Below are positions 59,501 through 64,000 of a DNA stretch of 64,000 bases, piece after piece. Where the stretch lies: assembly GCA_037447605.1 (NCBI GenBank), contig CM074810.1, forward strand, positions 2,328,880 to 2,392,879, given 5' to 3'. Position numbers and translations under genes: made by a program. The DNA is from Zygnema circumcarinatum SAG 698-1b. Lineage: Eukaryota > Plantae > Zygnematophyceae. Positions within the stretch are counted from its first letter, which is position 1; every line of letters begins with the position of its first letter. The notes under the pieces were generated by a model. That model was not told the origin of the DNA. It ran no database searches and saw nothing but the letters and a program-made list of their open reading frames with translations.

Positions 59501-59689
59501 CNNNNNNNNNNCATTTGTCGTACAGCGGTCTGGCGACCCTTGCTACCCAGAGTCTTGCGAGGGGGCTCCCCTTTACGAAACTCTCCAAGGTCGAAACTGT
59601 CTGTCCGGACTGTGCCGTGGGCAAGAGCCACCGTCACCCCTTCCGAAACCATGGCCAAGACTCTTTCCGCGCATCCCAGCGGTTGGAAC

Positions 59690-60720
59690 TGTTAGTGTAA
59701 AGTAGTTAGGGACTTGTTGTACACTAAGTTGTTGGTACTAAGTTCTAAAGAGGGGTGTGCTCATGATGTCTATATTGTACGGCGAACCGTCTAAGTGACC
59801 GTACAAGTCTTTAAGGGGTGTGCATGTAGCGCGCGAAGTCTGATTTGGTAAGGCATGGCATTAGAATGTCGGTGGAGCCAATCAGTGGTACGATTTGTAA
59901 GGCCAGGACCTCGAATGTACGGACAGTGGTCGGTGGCTCGGCGCGGCGTGGCGGAGTCAGATGTGACGTGGTGCGACGCGACAAATCGAGAAGTGACAAG
60001 GCGCGAATCAGCGCGCGGAGCAGAACTGACGAGGTACGGAGTCAGCAATGATTCATTTGGAGGACAGTGGCGAATCGGAAGGCACCACGTGTCGGGTGAA
60101 AGGGAAGGCCTGTACGGCCTAGGTCGGTGGCGCTCGTAGGCTTACGGGGTCCCACATGACGCCAAGTAATGAGGAGTCAGATCCTACGGTGGAGGACTCG
60201 GATGGAGATAAGGCTGAGGCGGATCTGACGGCAATGATGTGCTGGATCCGTGCAAGCTGAGGAGGATCCGACGGCGCGAGATTAAGATCGGGATAAGGGT
60301 CTTGCAAGGCGTTGCATGTGCGGCCGTGATGTGACAATGTCACTAATGGCGCCATATTGTATATAAGGGTTAGATTGTTTGGTAGAAGTTAACCTTCTCG
60401 TGACTCACATTGGGGAGTGAGGCTATCTTGCGTAGGGCCTAGGAGATAGTGGGAAGAGTTCAGCTTGTAGTGGGTGGTTTATTCACGTAGCTTGAGTGAA
60501 GGTGCTTGAAGCTTGGCTCTAGTGTTGTCAAGTTGTATTTCATCTTTATCTTAAGGAGTTTTAGGCTGGTGGCTTTCTCCTTACATTTTCATATTTCCGC
60601 TGAGTTGTTCTCTTGCATTTAGTGTGCTTTGTGTGATTGAGCAATTCATTGAAGATGTCGAGTTCTACCCAAGGTAGAGGAGAAGTGGCAGCCCCACCAA
60701 GAGAGGGCGCTGCAACAACA
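59690..60720 (+). mobile_element. Solo LTR (family C), 1031 bp, with 5-bp TSD GGAAC
   Basis: GGAAC at 59685-59689 and 60721-60725 with TG...CA ends. Removing it restores RASQRLELVHNDLCGP. Confidence 0.92.
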
Positions 60721-63700
60721 GGAACTAGTTCACAACGACTTGTGTGGGCCAATCACCCCAATGACGCCCAGCGGTGCACGGTACTTCATAACCTTCCTGG
60801 ATGACTTTTCTAGGAAGATTTGGGTTATACTGCTGGCACATAAATCTGACGCCTTTGAGGCCTTTCAAGATTGGCAGCTCCAGGCCGAACGGCAGTCCGG
60901 TGAGAAACTTCAGCGAATCCGGACGGATAATGGGGGAGAGTACAAATCCATCCAATTCTCTGACTATCTCAAGTCTTTGGGGATTCNNNNNNNNNNTGAA
61001 TCGTACTCTTGGCGACATGGCGAGGTCCATGCTGAGTGAGTCCCCCTTCTCCTTGACCTTTTGGGGAGAGGCCATCCTCACAGCAGCCTATCTTCGGAAC
61101 AGGTGTCCCTCTAACGCCTTGAAAGATGAAGGGCGAGTACCTGAAGAGATGTGGAGCGACAGCAAGGCAACAGTTCAACACCTCAAAGTGTGGGGCTCCC
61201 AGTGCTGGACTACGATTCCCAAGGTGCAGCAGACTACCAAGTTCAGCCCAAGAGGAGAGTTTGGTTACTTCCTCGGCTACAATGATGATAGTCTGACCTA
61301 CCGCGTGTGGAATCCCTCTACGAACAAGGTTATGACTACCCGAGATCTCCTTGTTGAGGAGACCATCACGGAGGCAGATCAAGCGAGGATGCGGCACCTA
61401 CCACTCCCAGACATCGAGTTCCTCCCTGTGAGGGACACTCTGGGAGATGAGGCGTTCCCACCACCTCCACCTAGCCCTTTGGATGAAGAGTTTGCAGAGC
61501 AGTCTTCCATGGCTGAGCAGCCATTGTGGTCCCAACCACTCTCGAATGAGCAGCAGCATAGCTCATCAGAGCTCCCGGGGGAACTGCCTAATGAGCTTTC
61601 TGACGACCCTAATATGGGCCCTATGGAAGATGATGCACCTTTGGCACCGGCACCATCCGAGGTACTGCCCACGGCTAGCCGTAGATGGGGTCCACACTCG
61701 GAGAAGAAGCAACGACCCGTCCGGGATACCAGAACCCCGGATTGGTATGGTGAGTGGAAGCGCTCCCCGTGGAAGAAGAAGGGCTCCACAAGGCGACCTC
61801 CAGAAGAAGTTGAGGAGAGAGTTCCGTTGGACTCTGCTGACTTTGCAGGGATGGCCATTTGTCTCATGGCCCACGCTGAGGAGCCTCAAACATATTCCGC
61901 TGCATTGGAGGGCGCGGATGCAGGGAAGTGGAAGGAAGCCATTGATAGTGAGCTAAACAGCCTTAAGGAGAATGCAACGTGGCGGTTGGAGCCGCTGCCC
62001 CCAGGACGAAAAGCTATCGGCTGCAAGTGGGTATTCAAGGTCAAACGGAAGTCAGATGGGAGTGTTGACAGATTCAAGGCACGGTTAGTGGCCAAAGGGT
62101 TCACGTATACTCAAGAGATAGACTATTCTCAGACCTTTGCACCCGCGTCAAGTTTAACTTACCCGAAAGCATTGATCTCTATCATTGAAGAAGGAATGCA
62201 CGCCCACCGCTTGACATCAAGATCGCTTCTATGGGGACCTGCTATTGAAATCTACATGCGCAGCCCCCTGAGGGGACTGCTGACAGCGGAACGTATATCT
62301 TGTGCGCATTTTGAAAGCCCTTATGGCCTTAAACAAGCAATCGCAGGATCCGTACCGTAAGATCCATGACCTGCTGGTAGTGAACGGCTTCACTCGGTTC
62401 CATGCTGACCATTCAGTGTACAAGAAGGGGAAGGGAGGTGCCCAGCTGTTTGTAGGCATCTACGTTGATGACCTGATCATTGTGAGTGCCTCTTTGCCCG
62501 CAAGTATTCAGGGTCTCAAAGACCTTCTACAACAGAATTTTCAGATGTCGGACCTCGGCCCTGCAGAATACCTCTTAGGCATCCAGCTTAAGAGGGGGAA
62601 GGATGGCAGTATGTTCCTCTGCCAGGAGAAGTACGCTAGAGAAGTTTTGGCGAAATTCAATATGGAGACGTGCATCCCAAGCTCCACCCCCATGGACGCC
62701 AGCGTGAAGCTCAGCTGTGACATGAGCCCTCAGACTGAGGCAGAGACGAGAGAGATGATAAAGATTCCATACCGATCTGCCATCGGGAGCTTGATGTACC
62801 TCATGGTGGGCACACGCCCTGATCTGACCAAGGCTGTCAGCACTGCAAGCAGGTACATGGAAAATCTTGGGGTCAAGCATTGGGAGGCTGTCAAGAGGAT
62901 CTTCAAGTACCTCAAGGGCACATCTCATTTCGGAATTCGGTTTGAGAGGGGGAGCGGCACTCCTGTGTATGGCTACACAGATGCTGATTGGGGCGGGGAC
63001 CTCGATACTTCCAAGTCCACTTCGGGCTATGCTTATCTCTATGCACGTGGGGTCATTTCTTGGAGTTCGAAGTTGCAAGAGACAGTCGCTCTCTCGACCA
63101 CCGAATCCGAATATGTGGCTGCTTGTCACGCCGCTCGGGAAGCCGTGTGGTTATCGTTATTCTTTGAGGAATGTGGGCCCCAACTTCCCTTGCCGATTCT
63201 CACCGACAACCAGTCCTCCATTGCGCTTGTTGAGAATCCAGTGTTTCATCGGCGGAGCAAGCACATCAAGCTCCAATATCATTACACGCGGGAACTAGTG
63301 GAGGCGGGTGAGATCACAGTGTTCTTTGTCGAGACAGAAAACATGGCAGCGGACATGCTTACAAAGGGGGTCAGCGGGCCCATCATGTGGAGGAATGGTC
63401 TTCTACTGGGGTTGGGTCCGTTTTGAGCCTAGGCCCCAAGAGGGGGAATGTTGTACAACACTAGAGACTGTACAACGTTTTGGGACATAGACTCTCTAGG
63501 GAGGTTAGATGCGCCTTGCAAGTGTTAGAGGCGCATGTGTACGGACGCCCCGAGTATACCGCATCGGGTATCGCATCAGATCGGGTAATCGCACTACTTT
63601 TTACCCGGTGTATGAAGTGTACCTGACAAAGATAGATGTACAGAAGCGTGTATGCCGCGATCACACGCGATGAGTCAGCCTTCCTCGACGCTTGAACCTC

Positions 63701-64000
63701 TTAATCGATCTAGCCGCTTCGCAGAGCTTGCCGAGACGCTTATCAGAGCTGCAAGGTGTGCTTACGGATATAAAGCGGTTAGTGCAAGGAGGGACAAGTA
63801 GTGTGGCACTGCTTTACATACCTTGTACTCATTCATTGAAAACAAGAGTTTTGGGCCGGTAGGGCTTTTCTCAATCTGTTGAGCTTGTCTTATGTCTGAA
63901 ATGTCTGAGACTGGAGATTCAGGAGGAGGAGACACGGCTAGTGGTAAATCCATGGATGGAGTTACAACACTTTTCAGGGTACATCCTTCCTTCTCCCCCA

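Larger units (their letters stand above)
53438..64000 (+). mobile_element. Copia element A (outer): 5' LTR from 53438, gag/protease 53793-55005, integrase 59512-61300 (split by solo LTR), RT/RNase H to 63426, PPT 63438-63448, 3' LTR from 63449 beyond the window
   Basis: TGTTGTACA..CACTAGAGAC at both LTR starts. Motifs WLIDSGASKHMC, GLYYL, VHNDLCGP, RTDNGGEY, IGCKWVFK, YVDDL, YTDADW and SKHIKLQYH. Confidence 0.9.

Noticed and set aside
62100-62345. Cluster of many small deletions in the copia RT, as a possible targeted inactivation
   Set aside because: The flanks are intact, and dense 1-3 nt deletions resemble unpolished long-read gap-fill. It is treated as a probable artefact; the same caveat applies to the rpmH fragment.
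50781-64000. Riboflavin kinase gene with a giant retrotransposon-filled intron
   Set aside because: A pyrimidine tract runs straight into the 100-N gap, suggesting the next exon lies in the gap. The exons after the gap belong to an F-box gene, so continuity across the gap is unsupported.

Overview
This is a eukaryotic nuclear window with GT-AG introns, plant-type genes and TTTAGGG-type repeats. It most likely comes from a streptophyte alga such as a zygnematophyte/desmid; that assignment is inference. It is a draft assembly with many 10-N gaps and one 100-N gap. Bases 1-51,100 are gene-dense: NUP88 (3' part), a type II membrane FkbM/METTL24-like methyltransferase, an FQR1-like quinone reductase, an intronless conserved plant protein, a conserved plastid protein, a folate-biopterin transporter, a secreted permuted-papain-like protein, two orphan genes, a trypsin-like-domain protein, a DnaJ72-like protein and a bifunctional FMN phosphatase/riboflavin kinase that is cut off at a gap. 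Bases 51,210-64,000 are mostly retrotransposons: a Ty3/gypsy fragment and a nest of at least three copia elements plus a solo LTR. The outer copia element is inserted inside an exon of an At4g00755-like F-box gene. The most interesting signals are: (1) the gypsy pol carries an extra ~150-aa domain resembling a degenerate DNA adenine methyltransferase, between a -1 frameshift signal and the protease; (2) a ~630-bp AT-rich bacterial-like fragment with rpmH- and rnpA-like reading frames that contain in-frame TGA (genetic code 4, Mollicutes-like), joined to telomere-variant repeats plus poly(A); (3) a consistent intron polarity with polypurine tracts 5' and polypyrimidine tracts 3'; (4) a new-looking TA-flanked MITE family and a modular foldback repeat family in promoter regions. 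All family assignments come from motif recognition and recall of homologues; no database search was run.
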